A stretch of 64,000 nt of DNA from Dicyema japonicum (GCA_011109175.1 RDEW01000027.1:333772-397771); one strand, 5' to 3'. Counted from the stretch's first letter, positions 11,745-24,953 are shown. Notes: generated by a model not told the origin, from the letters alone. A program made the numbers and translations.

Positions 11745-13872
11745 CTACCACTGTCTTGTCAATGCATGCAAGGCCACCGATCCCTCATCTTTCAGTACTT
11801 AGAAGTAACATGATCTATTCCATCATCAATTGCCTTATTAATATCTACAATAATGAGAACATAACTATTCTCAACTTCCTGTATAATCGTTTCCACTTCG
11901 ATATCAACTTCCGAGGCTATTAACCGTGTTATAGCGATCTAATCAAATATAACCACAAACAACCTCGAACGACCCAGTGGAAAGACCTATACACAATGAC
12001 CTCGAGGCTCTGGTAAGGCAGGAGAATAATCTGTACACGTGAATGGTCAACTTTGAGACTCTGTCAAGGAAAATCTGCTCATCAATTGAAGACTATAAAG
12101 GTCATAATAAGAATACCTTTCTTTGAAGGACGTACAAAGAAGCTGCACAAAGACGGAGGATGGCCAACTCCAAAATGTCAGCCTGTTCCTGAAAATAACC
12201 AAATCTCCTAAACACGAAGCGATTGGTGGACAAATCCTGATATCTTGAGCTCAATAGTCTGATTTCTTTTCAAATAAGGGATCTTCAAAGTCTTCATCTG
12301 GAATTTAATTTTAGTGAGGACATTCTCAAACGGATTACTCAGTAATCTAGCCAAATTCACCAGAAACTTTACTTCATCACATTTACCAGGTTTGGTCTCC
12401 CATTTTCTACTCCATGAAGAGCTAGCGACATGCTCAACAAATTATTTGATCCCTGATACTCAAAAACACAAACCTGCATGCCACATAGTTCAGTGGTGAT
12501 GTTGAAGAGGTCAAAAATTTTTTCATTTTCTGGCAAAATGTCACAGATTGAAGCAATTTCGCTCATTACTTGTCTAGTTGAATAAATCTGCACTCTTTCT
12601 TAAATAACTAAACCTTTAGTGCCTGGGATTCCATCAGAAAGTCCAAATCGTCATTAGCTAGTCCACCCACGTGGTAAAGCATGCTCTCTATCGAGTACAC
12701 GGTCTGACTAAGACTCGAAATTCTCTTCTAAGAATGTTAAATGTAATAAACAAACTCGAATAAGCCCGTACTCTGAGAGTCTTCTCCCGAAGGAAGTCTT
12801 GGTTTGCGTGTGTTTTACAAGTGACTCTACGCATGAAAATTAGGTGAACCTAAAACTCTTCTTAAAATCCCAAGTATGACTGCAGAGACGGCCAATCTAC
12901 CATAACTCTGGGCTGTCTGGATGATCTGAAACTTCACGCCAAGTAGTCCAACCTGAACGGCATCTCCCATATGTCCGATGACATTAGTGGTCGGAATAAT
13001 GACATTTGTGAACTTAACTTGGTTAAAGTATCCGTTTTTGGTGATTTCAACCCCAGTCAAATCGTCAACTAGAAAGAGCGAGTGTTGCCCATCATGAGAT
13101 TCCACTTTGGCTGCTACTAAAAACTGGTCTCCTTCGGGGACCCAGGATTTGGTTCCGTTGAGGATAAAAACTTTGTTTTCCGAGTCAAAAACAGCGGAGG
13201 TCTGATTCTGACTAAAATCAGAGCCACTGAATCCGTTAACCTAAAGAATACCAATCTCTCTCGGCATAAGCTAGCGAAATTATTTTTGAGTGAAGAATAG
13301 AGTCCCTGATAAACTTAATTTTCTGTTCTTCCGTTCCAAACAAAACTAGAATCTAAAATTTATGACGAAATAGTACTTTGAAGGCGTTTGTGTTCATCAA
13401 AGAATGGGAAATCGCAGAATGAACGTCCGTTTGGGCTAATAGTTCTATAAATCGGAGATATTGCCTGAAATCCCACTCAAGACCACCTGTAATGAATTTT
13501 ACGCAAATACCGTAAACTTTGGGTACAATTGGGGCAAAAAAATCGTTCTTTCTAACAATTTCACTGTTTAAAGGTTCACAGACGAGGGCTCTCTCATGTT
13601 TTGATTTATCAAATAATTTCGTGATTACTTCGAATTCTTGAATAGAAGCCAACTCTGGATATTCAAAAATGCTCTTTAAATGTATAATCTGCCTTACTTG
13701 ACTGACTTTAAGTCTAAAGATGTCACGCAAAAAAGGTTCCTGAATATTTGGAGATGATGCAGTTGAGAAGAGCCTAAGTCGATGAAATAATACTGCGCGG
13801 ACTATTTAAAATAATTCAAGACATTAAACTTGGAAATTTACGACCGGCGTGAGATAGCGCACTGATCATCAT
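11745..13872 (-). CDS. ACAD9: Acyl-CoA dehydrogenase family member 9-like (complex I assembly factor), about 15 introns of 21-28 nt
   Basis: Spliced product contains FGTEEQKIKF, E..CGSDF..QTSAV..FILNGTKSW, V.FTNVIIP..NVIG, GR.AV.A..LG, GFVHQSL and LTRASRSLCIGL (ACAD9-type RASRS.RIGL). One apparent 1-nt deletion near 11799 precedes the last 16 codons. Confidence 0.85.
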
Positions 13873-13939
13873 TTTAATTTAATTAAATAAATATTTTTGA
13901 AAATAATAAATTTATTAAGAAAATTAACTAAAACTATTA

Positions 13940-14495
13940 CAGTCCGACCTTGATTCGAAAAAAACCTTACCTCGGTTTTTGGAACATCCTTAGATTTTTG
14001 AACACTTGGTGGATTGGCATAGAAATGGAAAAGACAAAAACCTCGATGTGGGAAAAAATTAATTAATTGTGACTTATTTAATAGTTTATTTTATTTTAAA
14101 GTAAAAATTCAATATTTTTGTGGCATCTTAAAATGAGCCTAAATATCAAGAAAAACTTGGAATATTTCTTCTCCCATCTGAAAAATCGATTCTCACAGAA
14201 ACTAGCTCGAATAAAAAGATTATTCAGAATTATCTACAAAAAAGATATTTTTATCAAACAAATTAATGATTTGGAAGAATCCGTTTTAGATATCGCTCCG
14301 GATTTCTTGAGTTTTACTCGTTTACGAAAAAACTAAAGCTAGACTTGAAGAAAAATAACTTGAAGAAAAATGTGGATTTGGGAGTAGAAGTTTTTTATAA
14401 TTATTATTTCATAAAATTATAATTATTTACAACTTTTAAGTTAAAACTTCAATTTTGGAATACCTAAGTTTTTGCTCCAAATCGAGGTCGAACTG
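13940..14495. mobile_element. pogo/Tigger-like MITE, 556 bp
   Basis: Terminal inverted repeats CAGTCCGACCTTGATTCGAA and (reverse complement) CAGTTCGACCTCGATTTGGA, 16/20 identical. Flanked by TA on both sides (13938-39, 14496-97). Confidence 0.8.
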
Positions 14496-15109
14496 TATCC
14501 TCGATAGCAGGTATCGTGATTGAGCACTTTCAGAGACGAAACATGAAAAGTTAATACGCTGTATCAAAAGACCCTTTTATGCTTAACTCAGTAGGAATAT
14601 CCACCGAACCCCTACCTTGGTTTGACTTGATATTTTTACAATTTGCGAAGAGGATGGAAATCTGCTTAGCCTTACTTTGCTATCTACGATCCGATTGTGT
14701 GCGAGAAGGTTAGCAAATAGAATTAAAAAACGACGGGGTTTCTTTATTTGTGAGATTTAATTGGAATTTCAGTTATTGATTTTATCAGGATTTAGTTCGA
14801 TTTGTCCGTATTAACCAGAGTAGGGTCATCCCATCGATTTGGACAAACGAAAACATTTCAGAAAGACGAAAGTCACTCAAATGACAGTTCCTGGTCCATA
14901 AAGTTTCTTCAACTTTAGGCAGGATGAGATTCAATTCCGGATCATACGTCACTTCCTTTCATAGAAATTCATGTTTTCAATGTCTCCTGAGTCATCACCT
15001 CTTCCATACTCATAGAAAAAGAAAACTTTTATCCCTCAAAAAACGAAATATATATTTAGGGCAATAAAAGTACGTCGCCATCTCAACCTTTCGACTGATT
15101 AACTATTAA

Positions 15110-15250
15110 TCTTCCCTCGTGTCCCCACATGAACGTACAGGACGGTTGCCTGAATTTCCGGGCCGCATTCACGTAATTCGGAGTCTAGTCTTATGTGGAC
15201 CTCCAGAGGCGTCGTTCCACAAATCCAACGCTCCGTTACCGTGCAATTGG
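15110..15250 (-). repeat. LINE 3' region fragment (ACCGTGGTC-tail family)
   Basis: Reverse complement resembles 32760-32880 and 62555-62670 (cgac.cctctgg.ggcc..aatgcggccc..aaattca..caaccg.cc.gtac). Confidence 0.55.
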
Positions 15251-15423
15251 TCTTAAAAATGGGAAAATTAAACAGCAAAGTGATAATAAAGATTTTTTGA
15301 ATAAAACATAAAAATATTTAGAGTTTACAATTATTTAACAAATAATTAGTAACTAAGTGATTTAGCGAATCAACAATTTGGCCCTAACTGCAACAGTAAG
15401 CATTTACATATTAAATTAAAGGG

Positions 15424-16125
<702 letters not shown>

Positions 16126-16949
16126 ACTTTTTTCTAACCATAAATAAGGGACTTACTAATATTTGCTTTTAAATTTAATTCAGTTGTTCATTATGACGTC
16201 ATTCAGTTAATTGGTGTTCTTATTAGCAATTACTATTTTCTAATTCTCAATTTGCTTTTCCAAGTCAACGATTTTTAGAAATTATAGGAGAAATGACAAT
16301 ATTTATTTCTTTTTTATTCTGAAGCGATTTGAGCAAGTTTAAGAACAATTTAACGGCATAGATTAATATTATCAGCAACATACATAGATATTGTATTTTT
16401 TAGTTAAAAAGCTAATATTTAAATATTTTTCCCTTACAAATAAATGAATATTTAATATTAAATATTTAAATTTAAAAATACAAATTTATTGATTTTGATG
16501 CTGGAAGTGGCTACCGTTATCTAAATAAGTACCTCATATTAACTATCATCCTATACTTGTAGCTTCTAGTATATGATCCTTTGAGTTCTTTCAGTTTTGT
16601 GCTGGATAGAATTTAAATAAGGATCCTTCTCACATCATGCACTTTTTGTTCAGAATTACGGGTTTCTGTTGTCTCCTGAATCTATCATCTCGACCATTAT
16701 CCCTAAAAGAAGGTTTAAATGGACTTTCATCCATCATGAAACGAATTAGACATTTCGTGCGATAGAGGTACGTCACCACTTAAACCAGACCAATTAACTG
16801 CTATGACGACGTATCCTGCGAATATTTATGATATCAAAAATAATGCTCAAAATTACCTAAAACTCATAAAGCGGTGAATGGAATGTATATAATTTTAATG
16901 CTCAATTAAATAATCTGTTTTATCTTTGATCGCTAATTTCTGAGTGTTA

Positions 16950-17200
16950 AACTACTTTCTGTCATTTAGTATCCATGACAAAAGACTCAGCTTATATTAT
17001 TAATCAGCCCTCTGTTTCATACACTATCGAAATATCTACAATCATGCAGAAATTTTGAGCCGATGCTATGTCCGAGGAGAAGAGCTGTTAAGGATTCACG
17101 ACCCGCAGGACTCGACCTCTCCCTTGTCGGTTTAGGATCACTTAGTTGAGAACTTTAATTTCTTTCATTTTCACCCAGTGATCCTGGGGGTAATTATAAT
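16950..17200 (+). mobile_element. LINE 3' fragment
   Basis: Matches the 3' end of the element at 21510-21720 (ggactcg.cctctcccttgtcggt.t.ggatcacttag..cccagtgatcctgg.gg). Confidence 0.75.
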
Positions 17201-17211
17201 AATCAGTAAAG

Positions 17212-17352
17212 ATTTGGGTTCTATCTTCGTTTTCAAACATTGATGACTTGGAGGAACAATATTTTTGGTTCTATCTTCGTCTACAGACAATCGATGATTT
17301 GGTGAACATGATTTTTGGCTCTATCTTCAATCGAGGACAACCGATCGTTTTG
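17212..17352. repeat. Three degenerate tandem copies of a 50-nt unit
   Basis: CTATCTTC recurs at 17221, 17271 and 17321, with similar flanks (atttt.gg.tctatcttc....acaa.cgatga.ttgg). Confidence 0.75.
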
Positions 17353-18034
17353 AATTTTTTCCTAATATCTTTCCACCAAACATGTTTTTTGAGAATGTAG
17401 CGAATAATTTTAAGTAACTAAGCATGGGAGAGATGACGGACGCATTTCTCTCAAGTATCGGAGGAAGGCTCGCTTCGAAGAGATGCAAACCTCAGGAAGA
17501 CTTTGATTGATGTAGAGACTCAAAATGGCAGTGGTAAGTGGGAACGCCTTCGCAATCCTGGCCTCTCGATTAAAAGACTTTAGTTTTTTTTCTTTTTTCA
17601 ATAAACTCATTACAACAATAAAAACTAAGCAGCATAAACATCCTCAATGCGAATTTTAAGTCAAATATTTAAATTTCCTATATCCATAGACAATATAAAT
17701 CAAGTCTTCCTCAGAAAACCGTGAACCCGAATTTGGAATAGAAACAAGCGAATTCCTCAATCACAAAATTATTGTGATTTGTTATACTAAACTACATCGT
17801 TAAAAATTAGAGCATTAATGGCAAATTTTGACTTATTGAATGATATGTGATATTACTTTCTAAATTGTGGTTGATAGTTGAACAATTTGTAAAAAGTATT
17901 AATTAATTGATTCGTGATTTAGCAACAATTTGCTGTCTGCTGTCAAAGATACTGATTAAAATGACACAAAATGTATCAATATTTGAAATTAGCACGAAAT
18001 GTGATTTTACTATTTATTAAAGTAACTATTATTA

Positions 18035-18250
18035 TTGAAGTTACTGAAAAAATATACAGATAAAGAAATTGCCCCCAGAACACTCGAGTCTCTCATAGAG
18101 GCAACTGGAGGAATTTCAGAAGAGGAGGGAAAAAAGACCTTCGTCCATATAGAAAATGTGTGGGATCACGATGGCCCGACTATTGAGAGATGCCGGGATC
18201 ACCTTAATATTAGTTAGTAGTTAAGACGGTGTTTCTTTGGCTTAAATAAT
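18035..18250 (+). mobile_element. 5'-truncated LINE copy (3' end of the 28860-31706 family)
   Basis: KLLKKYTDKEIAPRTLESLIEATGG and the tail gggatcacc..attagttag..gacggtgtttctttggcttaa match the reverse complement of 28865-29100. Confidence 0.85.
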
Positions 18251-18382
18251 AATTAAAGTAACTAAAATGATATTAAAATTCATTTTTCTGAATATCATCG
18301 AAAAAATAAATTTATTGTTTAATTCTATTCTAATTTTATTTTTATGTAATTTAAAAAATATAATAAATTCTCAGATTTTAAA

Positions 18383-19158
18383 ATGTTGACACATCGCTAT
18401 CTGAACTACGATTTTTTATTTATATGCCAAATAGCAAACTACATTTCAACCTGCATTGCCCTAAAATTCAAAATTATCTCTGAAGGTATTCAGTAATAGC
18501 AACTTAGGTGGATATGATTTCATTACCAAGAACATTTTGCTCACCTTTTTCAGCAGTTTTTTATTATGCTGCAGATCCCAACTTATTTTGAACTTTTTGT
18601 TAGGAAAACCTTTAATTTTTGCGTTTTCGGAGAATTTAGAATTGTCAGCAATTTTTGTCGTTTGGTATAATGTACAAATATTTGTAGGATTTTGATCTTC
18701 TACGTTCATTTTCATCCGTTCAAGTCATTACTAGAAAACAAAATATTCAAAATTATTTTGATTCTTTTGACTACTGCCAACACAGTTTATGTAATCAGGG
18801 GAGCAATGACGAGTTTTGGGAATTCGAACGATCCATTGATTCCGATTATCGTGGGATTTGTAGCAGGTATGAAACATGGGTCGATCCCTTAGGAATTTCT
18901 CTGATGGTCTTGGAACCCGTCATTTCCATGATTATCGGATCAAAAACGATCGTGAATATCAACCACTTGAACTTGTTTGAGTCCAATAATATTCATAGTG
19001 ATGTACAATTCGCACTACTTGCTGCAGTTCTGTATGGTTTGGATGACTATTATTTTTACAATCGGTTCCGAACATGGCAGGATTATTCTGATACCCTACA
19101 CATCACAATCTACATTATCGGGGTCGCTGGAAAGCTCTCTGATGTTATTAGAAACTGA
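18383..19158 (+). CDS. Divergent TRIC/TMEM38-like multi-pass membrane protein (introns 22, 23, 26 nt)
   Basis: Open spliced frame with several hydrophobic segments. IANYISTCIALK, KNILLTFFSSFLLC and ILNFLLGKP..LSAIFVVWILIFY follow the TRIC pattern (AHY..S..A.K; KNP..W...ML.C; LL..P..W...F). Similarity is weak. Confidence 0.5.
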
Positions 19159-19889
19159 CTCTCGACTAACAATCACTAATCCTACTAGTTTTGACTTTAA
19201 TTAATAAAGGACTCACTTATTAAACGAAAGACTTTCAAATTCTCAAATTAGGTGGCTTCACTGGCAAAGCTTTGAAAAATTCTTGTAACTTGATAATAAT
19301 CGCCCTTTTGCAAAGTGGTAATGTTTTCAATACTTAAACCCTCACTTAGGCAGAGCACATGGCTTATTTTAAGAGGGAAAGAACAGTTATGGTAATTAAT
19401 TTTAAAAAGGGGTTAATGGATTATGAATTTTCTTAATTGGTTTTATTTTTTGGTAGCGTGTAACTCCCAGTAGACAATCCGATTCTGCAGTGAGGTATTA
19501 GTGATGAGGGCGCTTTAAGTCAAGCTAGGAATGCATGGAATCTTCAGCAAGGAATGGACAACAGAAAGATTCGATTCGGGAAATATCTGAATTCTGTCCA
19601 GACTTATGATACAGTAATTTAAGAAATTACAAAAATAGGTGGTATATTTTAAATTTCGTGATACTTTTTATTTTTGAAAATTAAAAAATTTGAATTAACT
19701 TTTTAATGGAAGTCGTAGAAGGCGTTCCATGAAATTAGTGGCGAAATTTAAGGAAGAAATGGATAGAACGGGCGAAGTTGGGTTATCGTTTCTCCGGACT
19801 TGAGTCCTTATGTGAGTGTTAGGGCGATTTAGAATCACCATTTTCGAATTAATTTAATTTTTTTAAAATAAAATCAAATTTTAACAAAG

Positions 19890-20100
19890 AAACAAATGTC
19901 AGTTGAGAAAGCCGGCCGCGTGGATTGCGAACGAGTTCCCTCGGAGTATGGCCATTCCAATCTTTTGTCTCAGCCATAGCCCTTATCGTTGATCCCTTTT
20001 TTTCTGACAAGCATTCCTCCGAGTTCTCGCAAGAACTCAGCCGTCATTGGACCAACGGCTCCCGATGATTCGGTCGCAACAGGAGTAAATCGGTACCAGC
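19890..20100 (-). mobile_element. CRE-like 3' fragment (copy of 700-920)
   Basis: Reverse complement aligns with 704-920 at high identity. Confidence 0.8.
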
Positions 20101-20217
20101 AATTTAACAATTTCCACGATATCTTCACTTTCTCCATTTTAATTTAATTAAAAAAATTATTTAGTTTTAATTTTTATCTAAAATTAATATCAGACGAATT
20201 TAAATATTCGTTCTCAC

Positions 20218-20940
20218 ATGAGTTTTGGTGGTGAACCTAAATGTAAATAAGATATATTAAAATAAGATGAATTGTTATATAAATATTCCCAAAGAGAGGT
20301 CGATTACATCAAATCAGAAATACAGAGATGGTACAGTAATATAAGAAATACAGTTCGGATATGGTCGAATCCTCTGAAAAGACCATGGTTTTTTCTTAAA
20401 GAGATAAATGACAAAATTAACGTCAAAACAAATGTATTTATTTTACTCACAAAAGATTCCTCTTGGTCGAGCAGCTTTCATGGAGGGATATCTTGTCCAC
20501 ACAAACGAAGTACTTGTTCTACTGGGGGAGCAATATTTCACAAAATGCTCATCTACTCATGCCACGTGTATTCTGCAGAGAAGAATTGACTCCATAAATG
20601 CTCACATTGCTAAACTGAGAGAACATCTCCGACTTATAGAATCTAACCTAGAAGTGGTGGACAGTCTTAAAATGGGGAAAAGTGAAGATGTCGTGGAAAT
20701 TGTTGAATATGAGGATAACCCCGTCCATACCTCCCATATTCAGTTCAGTCATACAGATAATCCATCGTACATAGTAAACTTTTTTGTAATCCAAAGGGGA
20801 GTCATTATGGAGATATAAAGTCCCCCGGAGATATTGCCTGCTTGAGTACTAAGATAGCCGAATCAAATGAACCACGTGCTGCTATTATAACGGAGAAAAA
20901 AAGGCCACAATCAATGTTTGCCAAAATGAGAAGAAAGTAA
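20218..20940 (+). CDS. URI1: Unconventional prefoldin RPB5 interactor
   Basis: IPLGRAAFMEGYLVHTNEVLVLLGEQYFTKCS..A..IL.RR is the URI prefoldin-alpha motif, and the C-terminus is RPQSMFAKMRRK*. Introns of 24, 23 and 22 nt were placed. One extra T near 20389-94; 3' exon boundaries were not fully resolved. Confidence 0.85.
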
Positions 20941-21179
20941 TTTTTACAAATTTTTTTTGAATCTGATTTTTAGTATTAATAGTCTTCATGTGTGGTCTCT
21001 AGAAAGGGAGTAAGGTTTTATGAGTACCTAGCGATTATGGCTTGACGTTTGGAGACTATGAAGTCGTACACTTTAGTGTCTGTGGGACTAACTAGCGGGT
21101 GTCTCTTGAATCGGGTACATAGACTATTTTTTTGGTAGTTGAATTTTTTATAGACGTGAATACGAAACCTTAGTAAATA

Positions 21180-21310
21180 AGCACGTCCACGAATATCTAT
21201 CATTATGGAAACCCTTTCCCCCCAGAGGAGTAGGGAAGAGCGATATCCTTTTTGTATTCCTGTCAGGCATGGGCGTCTACTTGGACACGTGGATCATATT
21301 ACATCTTACT
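21180..21310 (-). repeat. LINE-family 5' region fragment
   Basis: Reverse complement tgatccac.tgtc.a.gt..cgccca..aaaaaggat..gctc.ccc.actcc.ctgg..gggtttcca matches 60180-60270. Confidence 0.6.
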
Positions 21311-21509
21311 AAACTAAGCTTATATACTACAATAGTTAGTTTTAGCGGCTTGGAGTCAGCTTGAAGGTGACCCGGTATGGGAAGAACAACAGGAGCTGAC
21401 TGATATTTTAGAATATCTCATTAATAGCTGTGCCAGATAAATAAGGATAATAATTCTCTTCCCTCTCGAAGTAGATCTGTACTGGAGCATTATAGTATCC
21501 CCTTAGCAC

Positions 21510-24300
21510 TTATTAATATTACCTCCAGGATCACTGGGTCAAAGAAAAGAAATATAAGGTTCTCAACTAACTAAGTGATCCCAGACCGACAAGGGAGAGG
21601 ACGAGTCCGGTGGGGTCGAGATCCTGAACAGCTTTTCTCATTGGAGATCGGCTCAAAAATTCTGTATGATTGTAGATATTTCGATAGTGTATGGAATAAA
21701 AGGCAGCTCGGTAAACTAGCCTCCTTTAAGAGTTTCCGTTGTAATTCGATTAATAAATTTTCAATGGGCTGGATTTTGTGCTCTGGTCCAATTATCCTTA
21801 TTGCGGTCCTCGATTGCGGATAATTTCAATGAGGAGGTTTGTGAAATCTGCATTGCCCACGAAGGACTTGCATACGTCATCGTGGGTCGGATAAATTGTT
21901 CATAAATCGTGGCAAGGTCACTAGTTTGGTCTCTAAGTGTTTTTGAGAGCACTTTTAAAATTCTTATTTTCTTCAGAGCAAAAGTTACTTTGCTTTCAAC
22001 ATGTCGGATAAAAGTGAGTCCCTGATCAAAGGTGACTATCAGAATTTAAAATGAATCCGTTTTTAATTTTTGGTGAGCATGCATTTCAAAATATCCTGAT
22101 ATTTCAGAAAAGGCTATACATACACTATTACCTTTTCCATTGATTTACTTATGCGAGTCGGGTTTTCAATATATACATCTACCAAAAGTTCCCTGATGTG
22201 AGGAGACAGTTCTCAACAATAACTCCTAACGTTACACAATTATTTATTTAACAATTATGATATGATAAAAAGTTACCTCAATGTTCACATTAAAATTGTT
22301 TTTGGTTATTACGATTATTTTTTAAGCGAAAACTTGTAATAATTGAATTGTAAGGGTTCCGCGAGCACCTTAAGGTTGGGAAACCACTGATGTAGAAATT
22401 GAAAAGGGCTGGCGATAGTAGGATCCTTGAGGGACTCCATTTTGTATGAGACGGGATTTTAACTTTATGTTGTTGCAAATCACTTGTCCACGTCTCCCAC
22501 TTAAGAAGTTGGCAATCCATAGTTTTATGTTTGGGTGGATGCATGTATCGTAAATTTTCTCAGTAAGGAATTTTCTTGAGACTGTCGAAAGCCTTTTTAT
22601 ATCAACAGCGACCAAGTCTGTTCGTTGGTGTGATTTAGTGGAATTGTTTCCCTCCGCAATGAACTGGCACAGGGACGTTAGGTATGTTGCTGTGGAGTGT
22701 TTAGATCGGAATCTATGTGGAAAGGAGAGAGCGGATGTAGTTTTTGATATTTTCATGAACTAATCTCTTAAGTATTCGGGAAAGTGAACATAAGATTGAA
22801 ATTGGTCTGTAAGAAGAGGGTCATTTTCAGATTTTCCTTACTTCTAGATCCATTTGATGTATGATCTTTTCTAGACATCCGGAACAGTGGTTATATTCAT
22901 TCATTTTGTGAATGTGTAAGCAATTAAATCTAAATCAAAAGGTCCTATATGCTTTAGTTCCGTTGTAGAAATATTGTCTGGACCTCGGGCTTTGGAGTTT
23001 CGGGCCTTTGATATTGCAGTCCTCGCCGTAAAATGGTCCACACGTATGATCCTTTCGATTTTATTCTGTTTAAGAGTACTTGGTGTTCTTTGGAGTGGTC
23101 TTTATGTGCTATGGAAGCATAGTATTTCATTAAGGTGTTTGGTTGTAATGATATCCGATTTTGTGGTTCATCAAAAGACCTTTTGATAGACTTGATTTTG
23201 TCCAGATCTTCAGTAGTGACGGATTTTCTGTTAGGGCTTTTGATAGTTCTGTCCAGCGTTTCTCGTTTGTTTTACTGATATATTTGTTAATCTTCTTGTT
23301 TAGTGTACGAATTCTTATTATATCTTCCTTCGACGGTATGTTCTTTTTCTTTAAATAGTTTCTTTTACTAAATGTTCGGCTGTTGAATTGAATCGCCTGT
23401 TTGTCGGTGGAATAAATAATTTTCTAGTTTCTTGAATGAACGAAGAGAACTGCTTTATGATGTTGTTTAGTGATGAGACTGCATGTAGTTTTGATAACTT
23501 GATCTGCATGTCAAATAGCTTGCATATCTTGGCCAGTCAGCAAGGTTATAATTTATCAAAGTAGTGACTTTCGATAATTTGATCTTTTTTTTATTTGTTA
23601 AATGATCGGATTATGATCACTCATAGTTTCGTATTTCACGCTCCATAAAATTGAATAAACCAGAAGGGGAGATGCGACTGAAACGTCAGGGGATGATGGT
23701 TTATCATTTTGCCTTGAGTGGGTTCTTGTGTTCTTGTGTGAAAGTTTAGGATGCAAAAGGTTCCCAAGTCTTCGATTAGCATGTCTCCCCGTCTGTTTGA
23801 CGTCTGACCTCTCAGTCAGTGAGGGTATTTTGCATTTAGGTCACCGCAAAGAAGAACGTTCTTTAGTGAGCTGATCGACGAAAGTTTTGGGCAAGTGGCT
23901 GATGATGAAGAAAGTAGATATGAATTGATCAGAGTAAGACGTAACCTTGGGAGTTGGATTTTTGTGGTTAGAATTTTGATACTTTCATGATTTTAGAGGC
24001 GGTTGTAGACGTATTTGGTGATATCTTCATAAGGGATCCCGTTTCGTATGATAGTTAGTAAGCCTCCCCCAAGTTTTCCACATCTATCTCTGCGGATAAC
24101 TGAGCATCCAGGAACTTTTGGAGTTGTGTTTGCACTTCTGAGTTTGGATTCTTGTAATAGAAGGCGACCCTAAATTATTATTAAGGCAACATACGTAAAA
24201 CCATCATAGCTATAGATTTATCCGTACGGTGTTAGAAACTGTCAAGGTAACTAATCGGTTCCACCATCAGCGATCCTGCACAGCCAAGTCATCCAAATGT
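21510..24300 (-). mobile_element. Near full-length decayed APE-RT LINE (about 2.8 kb), interrupted by a hAT fragment
   Basis: LLQESKL, SVIRRDR..GGLLT and LLCGDLNAK (APE); LVAVDIK and NGVPQGS..SPALFNFY (RT); VTFDQGLTF.RHV and IYEQFIRPTMTYASPSW (thumb); hairpin tail. Confidence 0.85.
22075..22340 (+). mobile_element. hAT (Buster-like) transposase C-terminal fragment
   Basis: KYPDISEKAIHTLLPFS..GFSIYTSTK. Nucleotide match to the reverse complement of 1340-1610. Confidence 0.75.
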
Positions 24301-24440
24301 TTTCCACATAATATTTTCTTTTGACGTAATTGAGATCAGCATCGAGTATCCAGGACCCTAGATTAAATTCCATTATTAATTAATTATTAATTATTAAAAT
24401 AACCATATATTTAAAAAAATTTAAAAAGACCTACACTTTC

Positions 24441-24796
24441 ATGTCGTGTTTAGTTCAATACATAATTCTCCGAAAAGATCTTGTTACTGTTCTCGGATGG
24501 TCAGTCGGATCTTTGGTGGCTCAGGCTTGCCATGCTAGTCTCGCCGTTGTGGAGGAAAACAGGACAGATATGTTAGTATGTGAATATTTGAGAAACGTGG
24601 ATGATATGAAAAAGGTCGTATTACAGGTTCCCAATGAAGAATCCCTTCGTAATCTGGCTACAACGTTACAAATTGAAGGCATCAAATACAAGTTATGGAA
24701 TGAACAACCAGAAAACATCCCCACGTGCATAGCTGTTAAACCCTACTTAAAAGACTATATTCACCCCTTGTTTCTTCTTTTAAACTTTATAAATAA
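24441..24796 (+). CDS. PTRHD1: Putative peptidyl-tRNA hydrolase PTRHD1 (intronless)
   Basis: VQYIILRKDL..W.VGSLVAQACHA..M.KVVL..KLW.EQPENIPTC.A.KPY. One extra T at 24771-73 would give the family-like ending FSSFKLYK*; the uncorrected frame runs to 24830. Confidence 0.9.
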
Positions 24797-24953
24797 TTTT
24801 TCAATAAATAACTTTATTTACGCTCAGTAGTGATTTTTAAATATTCTAAGGTATCTCATTTGGTATCAAAAAAGCAAAAAAATATTACAACGAAAATATT
24901 AAGTGTGGCTATTATGTTAAAATGTGAGAGAGATGAATTAAAGATAAAAATTG

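Noticed and set aside
12827-13105. Retroelement RT (LVDD read as a YxDD motif)
   Set aside because: After splicing, the region is a continuous part of the ACAD9 beta-domain.
14530-15050. Additional gene between the MITE and CAPSL
   Set aside because: No consistent spliced frame; weak RT-like fragments on the minus strand suggest an old LINE, but too decayed to call.
17212-17352. CRISPR array
   Set aside because: Units are contiguous and degenerate with no unique spacers; the context is eukaryotic and there are no cas genes.
24341-24360. 2A-like IEYPGP on the plus strand
   Set aside because: Lacks G-D and the N, has wrong spacing, and no endonuclease follows on that strand.
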